A DNA stretch of 64,000 bases from Amoebidium appalachense (taxonomy: Eukaryota > Protista > Ichthyosporea): the NCBI GenBank assembly GCA_963693365.1, contig CAVNZM010000003.1, positions 14,230,914 to 14,294,913 of the forward strand. Direction: 5' to 3'. Positions 1 through 13,156 of this stretch are shown in pieces. The position numbers and the translations under genes are program-made. The stretch's first letter is position 1. Each line of letters opens with the position of its first letter. The notes below the pieces were generated by a model that did not search any database, was not told where the DNA came from, and saw only the letters and a list, made by a program, of their open reading frames with translations.

Positions 1-297
1 TGGCCTCGGCCACATACATGCTGGTTAGCCTGTTGAAGGCTTGCTTGCGCTCTTCAGTGCCGGCCCCATGTTCCTGTGTTTAACGTGGGGGGGGGGGGGG
101 GGGGGGGGGGGGGGGTAAGCAATATATATCAAGTGATTGGAAGTGATTGTTTCTATCAGGACACAATGGGAGAGTTAAAGGAGAGGGTTTGAAAAGAAGT
201 TAGGAAGGAGAGGCTGAGGGAGGAAGCAAGTTAAAAGAGAGTATTTAAGGGGAAAGTAGGAGGGAGAAACTGAGGTGGGAAGTTTTTTTTATGTTTT

Positions 298-328
<31 letters not shown>

Positions 329-1363
329 GGGGGAGTGGTAAAAAAACAAGTAAAAAGGAATAGGACAGGGTTGAATGTTCATCATCGAAGTGCCTTTAGT
401 GCAATTGAATACTCGTAAATACACAATGACGAACACATCTGAATAAACACTTTGTACATCAACGAATGCAATGCACTGGTTAATGGTACTAACACATGCA
501 ATATAATGTTCAATGTACACTCGAACAACACCTGTGTAACATACGAACACTCATCAAGGACACCCAAGAACATACGAATAGTACATACATAGTGCTAAAC
601 AATGGAATCGTTTCAAGTTAGATTAAAAACAAATACCAAAGAGATGGTGGTGAATGGGGTAGTTAAATATAAAAACATATACCAAAGAGATGGTGGTGCG
701 TGGGATAGTGTGGGATAGTGTGGGGGAGGGGGGGGGGGGGGGGGGGGATGGGGATGGGGATGCATACACTGATGTCGTACTTCTCCTCCAGTTGCGGGTA
801 AGCCACATTGCGTAGCTTCCACGCAAACTGGCCACGCCCGTGGCGTACAGCGTCACGGATCGGTCCCCGGTGGTACTTCTGGGCGATGAAGGCCTTGATC
901 CCCTCGTCCTCACGGTCGCCCTCCTCGATGAGGCCCTTCTCCTCGGCGAGCAGCCACACAGCCTCGTCGAGGTCAAGGTCCGTGGCACAGTAGGTCATGC
1001 CAAAGACAATCCTGGTGACGTCTGATGTTGACGTCACCCTCCTGAGGTTGTGGTAGAGCTGGCATGTGTATGTGTGTATGAATCATGTGTTGTGCAGAGG
1101 GCCAGGGGGAAGGGGCAAAGGGGGGGGGGGGGGGGGTTTAGTTATCCACAGTGATGGCACAAGATTACGTCAAGGTGGAGGATCTCAATACATGTATTTG
1201 TGTTTTGATTCTCTTCGGGGAAAGATGGGGGAGGGGGGGGGGGGGGGGGGGGGGGAGGCGGGTGAAGGCGTGGGGTGGGGGGGGGGGGGGAAGATAAGCC
1301 ATGCACGGCATGATAAGCAGTCCAACTCAAAGGGCAGGCACTAATTTCAAAAATTATTTGTAT

Positions 1364-1419
<56 letters not shown>

Positions 1420-2487
1420 GAGAATGAGGTGAACGACGTGACATGGTACCAAATAGTACACTACGAATAGCACATACATGGTAACAAAGGATGCAGCACG
1501 TTAGCCTCTTTTAAGTAAACATGGGCCCCGGGGGGGGAAGAGGGAGGGGGAGGGGGTATAAGGAGAGCATGCAGGGGCAAAAAAGGGTGGGGGTGAGGGA
1601 GGGTCGGTGGGTGGGTGAGTGGGGGGGGGGGGGGGGGGGGGGGAGAACATACCGTTGAGACCTTGGAGGACATCTGGGCAACCACGATCTGCGGGATGGC
1701 CATCTCACTTTTCGAAGGTCGCTTGCGGTCAAATTCTTGAGCCGCCTTCTTGGGCTTAGATGCCGGGCTTTCCTGCCCGGCAAGCTCAGGGAAGGCGGCC
1801 TTCCACCTGCCCTCGGCGAGTGTCCACAAGTCCTCGGTGGTAAGGCCGGGGTTGGCCTGTTGAATCCGGACAATCTCCTTGGTGATGAAGAGGTGCTTCT
1901 GCTGGCCTGGGGAAAAAAAAAAAGATTAGCAAGGGTGGTAATGAGAGAGGGACGGGGGGTGTTGTGCTGTCATGGGGGGGAGGGGGGGGGGGGGGGGAAG
2001 AGCAGAAACCAAGTCACTTACCAGGGGCAATAGCTGGCTTCTCGCCGCCCTGCTGAGGTGGAACCACCTCTTCCGCCTCACTCTCCGACTCCTCTGCCTC
2101 ATCCGCCGAATAGTTCGAATCTCGATCGTCGTCTCCGTTTAGATCAGAACCAACACTGTCGTCTTCTTCCTGATCTTCGGATTCGGGCTCACTTTCGAAA
2201 AGATCATCGCCGTCGTCGCTGCTGCCCTCGATATCCTGACGTGCTTTCTTCTTACTTGCCCCAACACCACTACCCGCCTTGCGCTTGTTACTACCTTCCG
2301 CAAACGTAGCGGCCAGATCGAGATCGTCGTCGGGTTGCACCGTTTTGGTGGCTTTGCCATTTTGTTTTACTGGAACTCTTGCTTTCGAGCCTTTGGAAGT
2401 GGCTTGAGTAGTAGCCTTATTCTTTGGGCCCCTGGGTGTTTGCCCCTTCCCGCCCCTACCCCCTTTCTTAGTCGCACGCCCTGACAT
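1..2487 (-). CDS. Multi-exon gene of unknown function with a K/G-rich then acidic low-complexity N-terminus; divergent from the Plavaka transposase; 3' end uncertain or off the window edge
   Basis: ATG at 2487. Exons 2487-2022 (donor GTAAGT), 1906-1653 (CAG...GTATGT) and 1058-~770 join in frame: MSGRATKKGGRGG...APG|QQKHLFITKEIVRIQQANPGLTTEDLWTLAEGRW...VST|LYHNLRRVTSTSDVTRIVFG...EEKYDI. A further acceptor lies at ~73. Introns carry sense-strand poly-C. Confidence 0.7.
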
Positions 2488-4824
2488 ACTACGTGATTCT
2501 CAGCTAATGGGAGTGAACTGATGTTTTGTTTTTGGGCCAACGAAAGTGGACCTGTTTTTGCCGAAGGTTCTAGTGACTCAACGTACAACTACTATTGCGA
2601 ACCAAGGATGGGTTTGGTATTAAAAGGTTGGGGTCTGTGCAGGGTCTGTGCAAGTGACTTGCACACGTGCTGTATTTATGAACACCCATGGTGTGCTATT
2701 GTATAGTCACAGAATGCTACGCCGGTGTCCTGCACTCTACCACAACAAAACGCTGACTGGTTCGTTGCTCGTCTCTCTCAGTTCAAAATGCCAGGAAGAT
2801 TGGATCGTCGCACCAATGCAGAGCGCAGCAAATTCTCAACGGGCCAGCGGCATATAAGAGCGACACATAGCTTAAAAAAACGTTAACAAACTATAACAAT
2901 AAAATTAGTCGAAAATTATACAGATATAATATTAAAGTTGATTCTGAACCTGTATATAATGTATTTTGCTGATCAGTATACTTCTCTCTTAGGCGCGATG
3001 CACACGACGCCAGGATCTCGGTCTGCCCCCCTCGAATTGTCCATCTTCTAATGCGCAAAACATGTGGTAACAAAATGTCGTAGTATTACACGAGCAATCG
3101 CACAGCAAAATAACAAAAAGATAAAAGCCTTTGGCAAAAGAAAATTAATGTTTGATAGCTAAGTTCATGATCTTTGTAAACATTGGACAGGAATTCTTTT
3201 CAGAGCGACTGAGTCCCAAGCCCGACCATAACCCCGTTTTTACGGTAAAAAATACCCAAAAGTTTTCAAAAATACCATCAAAATTTCAGTTTATGGTAAG
3301 CCCCCGCAAGTTTCATGGTAAGTTACAGTAGGACCCCTCCTTTATCCTCCATTGACTTGGGAAGAAAAATACCATACCCCCCGGGCGAAAATACACCGGG
3401 GCTTGAAAAAATACCGAGAAAAAAGGTCTGAATTTTCGGGCTTGAGCGACTCCTCGATTTCCTTCGTTCATTCTGCCCCCCTCCTGAGCAATGAGCTCTC
3501 CACCAGTCATTTGTCTCCCGGGCAAGCTAGTCATGTAGAAACTAATTCACTACATTATTTAATAAGTACATATATTTATATACATTTGTAAAAATATATA
3601 TACTTGATTTATATATATATATATATATATATATAATGATATAAACCTGTTGTATTCCCGTAAAGTTTCTTTCATGCCCACTTGCATTTGCTTGGGCAGT
3701 CATGATACAGTAGAGTACCGTCGGATACGAGGTAAACGGTGTCATGTGCGTGCTAATACGCATTTTAATCGTTACCTAACAGCTTGAATCTTTTTGCAAT
3801 TGTTTTTTTTTTTGCGCTCTATAGCACTGTTTTTTAGGCTAACTAATTTTTACTGTTGATCCATTTAGTTGACTTCGCTCTACTTCCAAGCCAATGAGCA
3901 ATCACGCCTGAACAATGTTTTAGACCAATGAAATCTTTGCGTGATCAGGCTACAGCACCGTGGCATTGCGAATGCCGAACAACTACATAGGCTATGTACA
4001 GTGCACTGTACATGCATGCGCCATGCGCCAGTATTATATTTACATTATAATTGCCTGAATGTATTGCATTTTAATTGGAAATGTTTTTTTATAAATGATT
4101 TTTTTGGTTAAGTTAGTTTAATAAGACTTAAACAGTGGAGAAAACAAAAAAGGAGGGGGGGGGGGGGGGGGGGGGGGATCCGGCCGGGATGGCCGGCCGT
4201 GTACATGCTGCGATATCATGCATGATCGGTCATGATCATGATATATACTATCACGTCTACAATAGTATGAAGATATGTGCTTGTGTACGTAGACCATCGG
4301 ATAAAATTATTTTGCCGTATATTGTGGTTTATGTGGTAATGGTCAGGGGCACCATTAGGAGGGTGGAAGTGCGCGGGGGGGGGGGGGGGGGGGGGGGGGG
4401 TACAGTGTATGTGGGCCGCGTGGGGGAGGGAGGGCCGGCTGCGCGCGAGGCCGTCATGTATACACGTGTATACGTACATGCGAGTTTAACACGCCAACGT
4501 GTGCACATGTGTACCGGGTATCCAACAATACGATTCGGGTATTCGAGTTACCTATTGAATGCCCGTTAGCGCCAGCACTGAACGCGTCTGTTCAGTCATT
4601 GAACATTATGCATGTTTTTCGTTGTGGTTTGTCTGGTTTGTTTACATTGCCTTTTTTGGTAGAGAGGCGGCCGTATGGTGCGTGTATAGCCAATGAACAA
4701 CCAGAGCTATGCCGCGTAGACGGTGGGGCGTTCTGAGTAACGGCACGGGCGATTCACAATGATCCTTAATTTTTAGAAGAATCACGTGGGAAAAGCGGTG
4801 TGTCCCGTTATAAATTTATACACA

Positions 4825-5693
4825 ATGGCGTCCCCTTTTAATGATTATCAGTGCCCCGTTTGCCAGCGGTCATCGTTCACGAGGAAACTGAACTTCTTGC
4901 AGCATGTACGTGCGTGCGAGCAGGCCCAGCAGGCCCGGCTGGGTGAAAGGCACAAGGCGAAGAGAGGACCCCATTCCAACAGTGTGTTTTCAAACAACAA
5001 CGACAGGGCAGAACACAATCATGATCATCTCGATCTAAACAACGAATATGGTTCGGACAATCTTGTGGATGACGCCGAGGGGGTCGACAGGGAGCAGGGC
5101 TGTGCAGAGCCCCAAAACCCCCCTCCAAACGAACCACCAAAGAGAAGAATATTTGAACACCCGGGTACCCTCGAGTCGGGGTTTGGGATGATGGGGGATG
5201 AGGAGGATATAAGGTTCGGTCGGCGGTTGCCTGAGTTTATAGCCAAACGGAAAGAGGATGCTACATATCCGTTCCCCACCTACTTTGACGTAAGTGAAAA
5301 AAATGGTGCTTGTGTGTGCGTGAACAGGTGTGTGTTGGTGTGTGTGGATGGGAGTATCAGTAACCGTGTGTCTGTGTTTGTTTGTGCTTGTGTGTGTCTG
5401 TGTGTACGTGCATGTGCATGTGTGTGTATCATGTGCACGTGCGTGCACCGTACATCCGTGTGTGTCATCTAACAACATGCCTACCCAACCCTGCAGGAAG
5501 ATGTGGCACGATTCACAACGGAGAGCCAACTGTCTACAGCAGACACAGACCGGCTATTAAAATTGCTAAGGAAACACATTAGTGGCGAGGTACTGAAGAC
5601 CAAGACGGCTAAATCCATGAAAAAGGCCATTCAGAAGATTCCTGCTCCTGTATGCAAACCCCCCCCCCCCCCCCAAAAAAACAAAAACAAAAA

Positions 5694-5737
<44 letters not shown>

Positions 5738-7097
5738 GGGAAAAAAAGAAAATACATACAAATGGGTCCCTATTCGTGTACGCGTTTATTCGTGAGTGTT
5801 CGGGCCAGTGTACCAATGTGCATTCCCATATACCGGCGCGCTGTACAGGAATACCATGATTGTATATTTAGACAGCTGAACACCCTGACCTGGATATGGG
5901 GGACTACCGTTGAATACAATCGTATAGTTACAGGTGCTAGTGAATAGGGTTGGTCAGGGGTCATAGATGTAGGTTACTGCCCGGTGTGGGCCACTAAGCT
6001 TCCGAGCGTTTGGTCCTAACCCCCCCCCCCCCCCCCCCCCCCTCCCTGCGGCACACCGGCACCCGCAGGAGTGGACAGTTCGCACGCTGAAACTGGGTAA
6101 AAAATACGAAGATAAGGGGGCCCAGCCCATTCAATTCAGAATGCGCAACATCCGACACTGCATTCAGAGTCTTCTGCTCAACCCAAACGCTAAGGGAAAT
6201 ATGGACTTCACGTCCACCTATCCCCACACCGAAAATGGTGATAGGATCTATGGCGAGCACAGTTCTAGTGACTGGTTTCACCGCATAGAGGTATAGTGCC
6301 ATATGTGTATGTGTATGTGTACGTGTTTGTGTCTCAAGGTGTGTGTGTGTGATGTGTCTGCAGTTTGAGTGCAGTGTCAGGGTAAAAGTGTGTGTCACGT
6401 GTGTGTGTGTGTTACTGTGCGAGTGTGTGAATATGGGTGTGTTTGTGTGTGTCTGTCACCACGGTGTGATGATGATGATGTGTGTGTGTGTTAGCGTGTG
6501 TGTGCATGTGTGTGTGTGCATGGGTGTGTGTGCATGGGTGTGCATGTACACCTCTAAATTATGTGTTGTGGTGTGTGCTTATTTATCATCTCACCTTTGA
6601 ACTGCAGGAGGACATCGACGTAGGAGGTGTGCTCCTGTCCCTGATCCTCTACTCAGACCAGACAAAGCTCACCGTGTTCGGCAACACAACTTGCTATCCT
6701 GTGTACCTGTCAATCGGCAACATCCACCGCAGGACGAGGAGCCAAGACTGGGCCAGGTGGGTTTCACATGCACGCGAGCACTGCACTTATGATGTATTTC
6801 ACACCAGGATAGAGCCGGCTAACACTGAATACTCTTGTACAGGGTGGCAATTGCGTACATCCCAAAGCCGACCTTTTCCAAGGAGGTCAGCGACGCGACG
6901 GTGACTTCAGCCAATCTTCGGGTGTTTCAGGTTGTTCTTAATGAGGTGGTCGGCAAATCTCTCCGTCAACTAGCCAGGCTGGGTGGTATGTGGGCGTACC
7001 ATGCTGACGGCATGTGGAGGTGCTACCATCCTCGAGTGTCATATTACATCACGGACTGGCCCGAAGGCCGTAAGGTGTGCTGCATGAAACAGTATGT

Positions 7098-7130
<33 letters not shown>

Positions 7131-8370
7131 CACACACAAACATGTGCATTGGTGTCTTTTTGATTTATTACCTGCAGGTGGTGCTGGGTCGGCCGATCCA
7201 GTGTTCATTTAATGTACGAATGTATTCCTGAATGTCCAAACACGGTGATCATTAGCATTATAAAATACCCAGCAGGTGTTCGTACCTATTACATGAGTAC
7301 ACTAGGACACGTGAACACTCTGATCTAGACACAGGGTAATACCATTGAATACACTCGTATAGTTGATGGCAATTTCGAAGGGTTGAACCCCCCTCCCCCC
7401 CCCCCCCCCCCCCCCCCCCCCCCAGTGCAACTAAGGACTTCCCGTACATAGTGCACCGTTCCCCCCACCAGCATACACGACCACAACCCTTCCACGGCTT
7501 AGGGGGGCTTGCACCCACTGTTTAGGCATGCAGCGAAATATCGCGCAAACAATTTTACACCGCAAAGACCCCCCCCGTTCATCCCCCCCAGTGCATCTGT
7601 GGTCTTCCCGTGCATGGTATACGTGTTGCATGCTGGTGGGGGGCATGGTGCACTACACGTATACCATGCACGGGAAAGCAACAGATGCACTGGGGGGGAT
7701 GGACGGGGGGGGGGTCTTTGCGGTGTAAAATTGTTTGCGCGATAATTCGCTGCATGCCAAAACAGTGGGTGCAAGCCCCCTAAGCCGTAGGAAGGTTGTG
7801 ATCGTGCATGCTGGTGGGGGGCATGGTGCACTACACATATACCATGCACGGGAAGTCCACAGTTGCACTGGGGGGGGTGGACGGGGGGGGTCTTTGCGGT
7901 GTAAAATTGTTTGCGCGACATGTCGCTGCTTGCCAAAACAGTGGGTGCAAGCCCCCTAAGCCGTAGGAAGGTTGTGGTCGTGCATGCTGGTGGGGGGCAT
8001 GGTGCACTACACGTATACCATGCACGGGAAAGCAACAGATGCACTGGGGGGGATGGACGGGGGGGGTCTTTGCAGTGTAAAATTGTTTGCGCGATAATTT
8101 GCTGCATGCCAAAACAGTGGGTGTAAGCCCCCCTAAGCCGTAGGAAGGTTGTGGTCGTGCATGCTGGTGGGGGGCATGGTGCACTACACGTATACCATGC
8201 ACGGGAAAGCAACAGATGCACTGGGGGGGATGGACGGGGGGGGTCTTTGTGGTGTAAAATTGTTTACGCGACATGTCGCTGCATGCCAAAACAGTGGGTG
8301 TAAGCCCCCCTAAGCCGTGGGGAACGGTGCACTACATGTGTACCATGCACGGGAAGACCTTAGTTGCACT

Positions 8371-8414
<44 letters not shown>

Positions 8415-8670
8415 CAACCCTTCGAAATTGCCATCAACTATACGAGTGTATTCAATGGTATTACCCTATGCCTAGATCAGAGTGTTCAAGTGTCCTAGTG
8501 TACTAATGTAATAGGTACGAACACCTATTTGGTATTTTATAATGCTAATGAGCACTATATTTGGACATTCAGGAATACATTCGTACATTTTGTGAACACT
8601 TTTTCGCCCGACCCGAGCACCACAGTGAGTGCTACGGGGGGGTTGGTTGGGAGGGGAGGGGGGAGGGGGG

Positions 8671-8705
<35 letters not shown>

Positions 8706-8861
8706 AACGTACAACTCGTACTGCTTGGTAAGCTGATCCAGGGACTCGTGTAGTGCACCATGCCCCCCACCAGCATGCATCATTAAAGCCTTTCCACGAG
8801 CCTTTCCACCAGCATGCACGACCACAGCCACAGCCTTCCCCGGTATGATGCCTTTTCTGAT

Positions 8862-8894
<33 letters not shown>

Positions 8895-9125
8895 TTCCCC
8901 CACAAACAAACAAACACCTAGGGGGGCCACGCGATTCCCGTGCCACTACTGCTGGGTCAAATGGAATCGTATATGCAAGACTGGGAAAGAGACTGCTCCT
9001 TTACGCACAGAGGCACAACACAACAAGATCTATGCCAAGGCCGATAAATTACGGGCTGATAAGAAGAGTGGGAAAGTTACTCAATTGTTAAAAAACTCGT
9101 CCATGCATGACACGGAGGTACCCTT

Positions 9126-9165
<40 letters not shown>

Positions 9166-9645
9166 ATAGCTAACGCTTGACACCGGAGAGTACCATAGAA
9201 TACACTAGTAGTAGGGAATGTCAGTGTTTCGAATGATCGTGGTAGATAAGTTTATGTCTCGGTGTAGGCCAACAGAATCCAACCATGCAAACCTAACCCC
9301 CCCCCCCCCCCCCCCCCCCCCCCTTCCTACCAGAACCTCATGAGCAGGGTTCCCGGCTTCATGTACCTGAAGGGGGTCATACCTGAGCGAATGCACCAGG
9401 CGGAGAGTGGTGTGTTCATGCGCATTCTCGAGTGCTACGTCAAACTAGTGGAGCTGACGTGCCAGCGGGTATATGCCGACAACCCTCGGCAGGCCAAGAT
9501 GGAGGAGACAAAGCTGCTTCAGGAGCTTGACCGTCGCTGGAAAGCATTGCCGCCCTTTCCGTACCTTCGGAAAATGGCGCAAGGAGTTACCAACCTAGCC
9601 TTTCTGAAGGCGAACGAATACAGGGATATGATGAAGGAAAGTCTC

Positions 9646-9689
<44 letters not shown>

Positions 9690-10015
9690 ACCAGTCTCCC
9701 CCAGGAAAAACACACACCCATACAAAGGTTACCAGCTGAGTGTAGTACTTGCACTCCTAGACCCCTAGCACTAGCACACCATGGCTGCTTGACAATGCAA
9801 GTTATAAAGATAATCTATTAACTCGATCCCATCGTCAACATTACAGACGGTAATATTTGTCTTCAAGGATCTCCTGCCGTGTGATGTGACCAATAAGAAG
9901 GTGGAGCTGACAGTGGTCGCATATCTGGATTGGTACGCCCAGCTCTGCGCTGAGAGTTTCACCGACGAGTCCCTGGATCAGCTTACCAAGCAGTACGAGT
10001 TGTACGTTCCCCCCG

Positions 10016-10050
<35 letters not shown>

Positions 10051-13000
10051 CCCTCCCCCCTCCCCTCCCAACCAACCCCCCCGTAGCACTCACTGTGGTG
10101 CTCGGGTCGGGCGAAAAAGTGTCCACAAAATGTACGAATGTATTCCTGAATGTCCAAATATAGTGCTCATTAGCATTATAAAATACCAAATAGATGTTCG
10201 TACCTATTACATTAGTACACTAGGACACTTGAACACTCTGATCTAGGCACAGGGTAATACCATTGAATACACTCGTATAGTTGATGGCAATTTCGAAGGG
10301 TTGAACCCCCCTCCCCCCCCCCCCCCCCCCCACCCCCCCCAGTGCAACTAAGGTCTTCCCGTGCATGGTACACATGTAGTGCACCGTTCCCCACGGCTTA
10401 GGGGGGCTTACACCCACTGTTTTGGCATGCAGCGACATGTCGCGTAAACAATTTTACACCACAAAGACCCCCCCCCGTCCATCCCCCCCAGTGCATCTGT
10501 TGCTTTCCTGTGCATGGTATACGTGTAGTGCACCATGCCCCCCACCAGCATGCACGACCACAACCTTCCTACGGCTTAGGGGGGCTTACACCCACTGTTT
10601 TGGCATGCAGCAAATTATCGCGCAAACAATTTTACACTGCAAAGACCCCCCCCGTCCATCCCCCCCAGTGCATCTGTTGCTTTCCCGTGCATGGTATACG
10701 TGTAGTGCACCATGCCCCCCACCAGCATGCACGACCACAACCTTCCTACGGCTTAGGGGGGCTTGCACCCACTGTTTTGGCATGCAGCGAATTATCGCGC
10801 AAACAATTTTACACCGCAAAGACCCCCCCCGTCCATCCCCCCCAGTGCATCTGTTGCTTTCCCGTGCATGGTATACGTGTAGTGCACCATGCCCCCCACC
10901 AGCATGCACGACCACAACCTTCCTACGGCTTAGGGGGGCTTACACCCACTGTTTTGGCATGCAGCAAATTATCGCGCAAACAATTTTACACTGCAAAGAC
11001 CCCCCCCGTCCATCCCCCCCAGTGCATCTGTTGCTTTCCCGTGCATGGTATACGTGTAGTGCACCATGCCCCCCACCAGCATGCACGACCACAACCTTCC
11101 TACGGCTTAGGGGGGCTTGCACCCACTGTTTTGGCATGCAGCGAATTATCGCGCAAACAATTTTACACCGCAAAGACCCCCCCCGTCCATCCCCCCCAGT
11201 GCATCTGTTGCTTTCCCGTGCATGGTATACGTGTAGTGCACCATGCCCCCCACCAGCATGCACGACCACAACCTTCCTACGGCTTAGGGGGGCTTACACC
11301 CACTGTTTTGGCATGCAGCGACATGTCGCGTAAACAATTTTACACCGCAAAGACCCCCCCCGTCCACCCCCCCCAGTGCAACTGTGGACTTCCCGTGCAT
11401 GGTATATGTGTAGTGCACCATGCCCCCCACCAGCATGCACGACCACAACCTTCCTACGGCTTAGGGGGGCTTGCACCCACTGTTTTGGCATGCAGCGAAT
11501 TATCGCGCAAACAATTTTACACTGCAAAGACCCCCCCCGTCCATCCCCCCCAGTGCATCTGTTGCTTTCCCGTGCATGGTATACGTGTAGTGCACCATGC
11601 CCCCCACCAGCATGCACGACCACAACCTTCCTACGGCTTAGGGGGGGCTTGCACCCACTGTTTTGGCATGCAGCGAATTATCGCGCAAACAATTTTACAC
11701 CGCAAAGACCCCCCCCGTCCATCCCCCCCAGTGCATCTGTTGCTTTCCCGTGCATGGTATACGTGTAGTGCACCATGCCCCCCACCAGCATGCACGACCA
11801 CAACCTTCCTACGGCTTAGGGGGGCTTGCACCCACTGTTTTGGCATGCAGCGAATTATCGCGCAAACAATTTTACACCGCAAAGACCCCCCCCGTCCATC
11901 CCCCCCAGTGCATCTGTTGCTTTCCCGTGCATGGTATACGTGTAGTGCACCATGCCCCCCACCAGCATGCACGACCACAACCTTCCTACGGCTTAGGGGG
12001 GCTTACACCCACTGTTTTGGCATGCAGCGACATGTCGCGTAAACAATTTTACACCGCAAAGACCCCCCCCGTCCACCCCCCCCAGTGCAACTGTGGACTT
12101 CCCGTGCATGGTATATGTGTAGTGCACCATGCCCCCCACCAGCATGCACGACCACAACCTTCCTACGGCTTAGGGGGGCTTGCACCCACTGTTTTGGGAT
12201 GCAGCGAATTATCGCGCAAACAATTTAACACTGCAAAGACCCCCCCCGTCCATCCCCCCCAGTGCATCTGTTGCTTTCCCGTGCATGGTATACGTGTAGT
12301 GCACCATGCCCCCCACCAGCATGCACGACCACAACCTTCCTACGGCTTAGGGGGGCTTGCACCCACTGTTTTGGCATGCAGCGAATTATCGCGCAAACAA
12401 TTTTACACCGCAAAGACCCCCCCCGTCCATCCCCCCCAGTGCATCTGTTGCTTTCCCGTGCATGGTATACGTGTAGTGCACCATGCCCCCCACCAGCATG
12501 CACGACCACAACCTTCCTACGGCTTAGGGGGGCTTGCACCCACTGTTTTGGCATGCAGCGAATTATCGCGCAAACAATTTTACACCGCAAAGACCCCCCC
12601 CGTCCATCCCCCCCAGTGCATCTGTTGCTTTCCCGTGCATGGTATACGTGTAGTGCACCATGCCCCCCACCAGCATGCACGACCACAACCTTCCTACGGC
12701 TTAGGGGGGCTTGCACCCACTGTTTTGGCATGCAGCGAATTATCGCGCAAACAATTTTACACCGCAAAGACCCCCCCCCCCCCGTCCCCCCCCCCCCCCC
12801 ATGCATCTGTTGCTTTCCCGTGCATGGCACACGTGTAATGCACCATGCCCCCCACCAGCATGCAGTGAGTGAGCATGCAGTGACTATTAGTGCAAATCAA
12901 TCTGCATACAGGTTCTGTGACCGCATGGAAAAGACCTTCAAGGGCTGCAACCCATCAGAGATGAACTTCATAAAGTTCCACGTCGGCAAGCACTACTCCT

Positions 13001-13125
13001 TGGCCACAAAGGAGTTTGGGGCATTCGAGTCAGCTGAGGGTGGAGAGCGCCACCACAAGCTGTCGAAGGTGGCATACAAGTCCACTAACAAGAACACCAT
13101 CACCTTTGAAAGCCAGGTAAATCAG

Positions 13126-13156
<31 letters not shown>

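Noticed and set aside
10422-12838. Long ORFs (303-510 aa) with 59-aa repeats
   Set aside because: They are translations of the 177-bp intronic satellite, open in several frames and on both strands.
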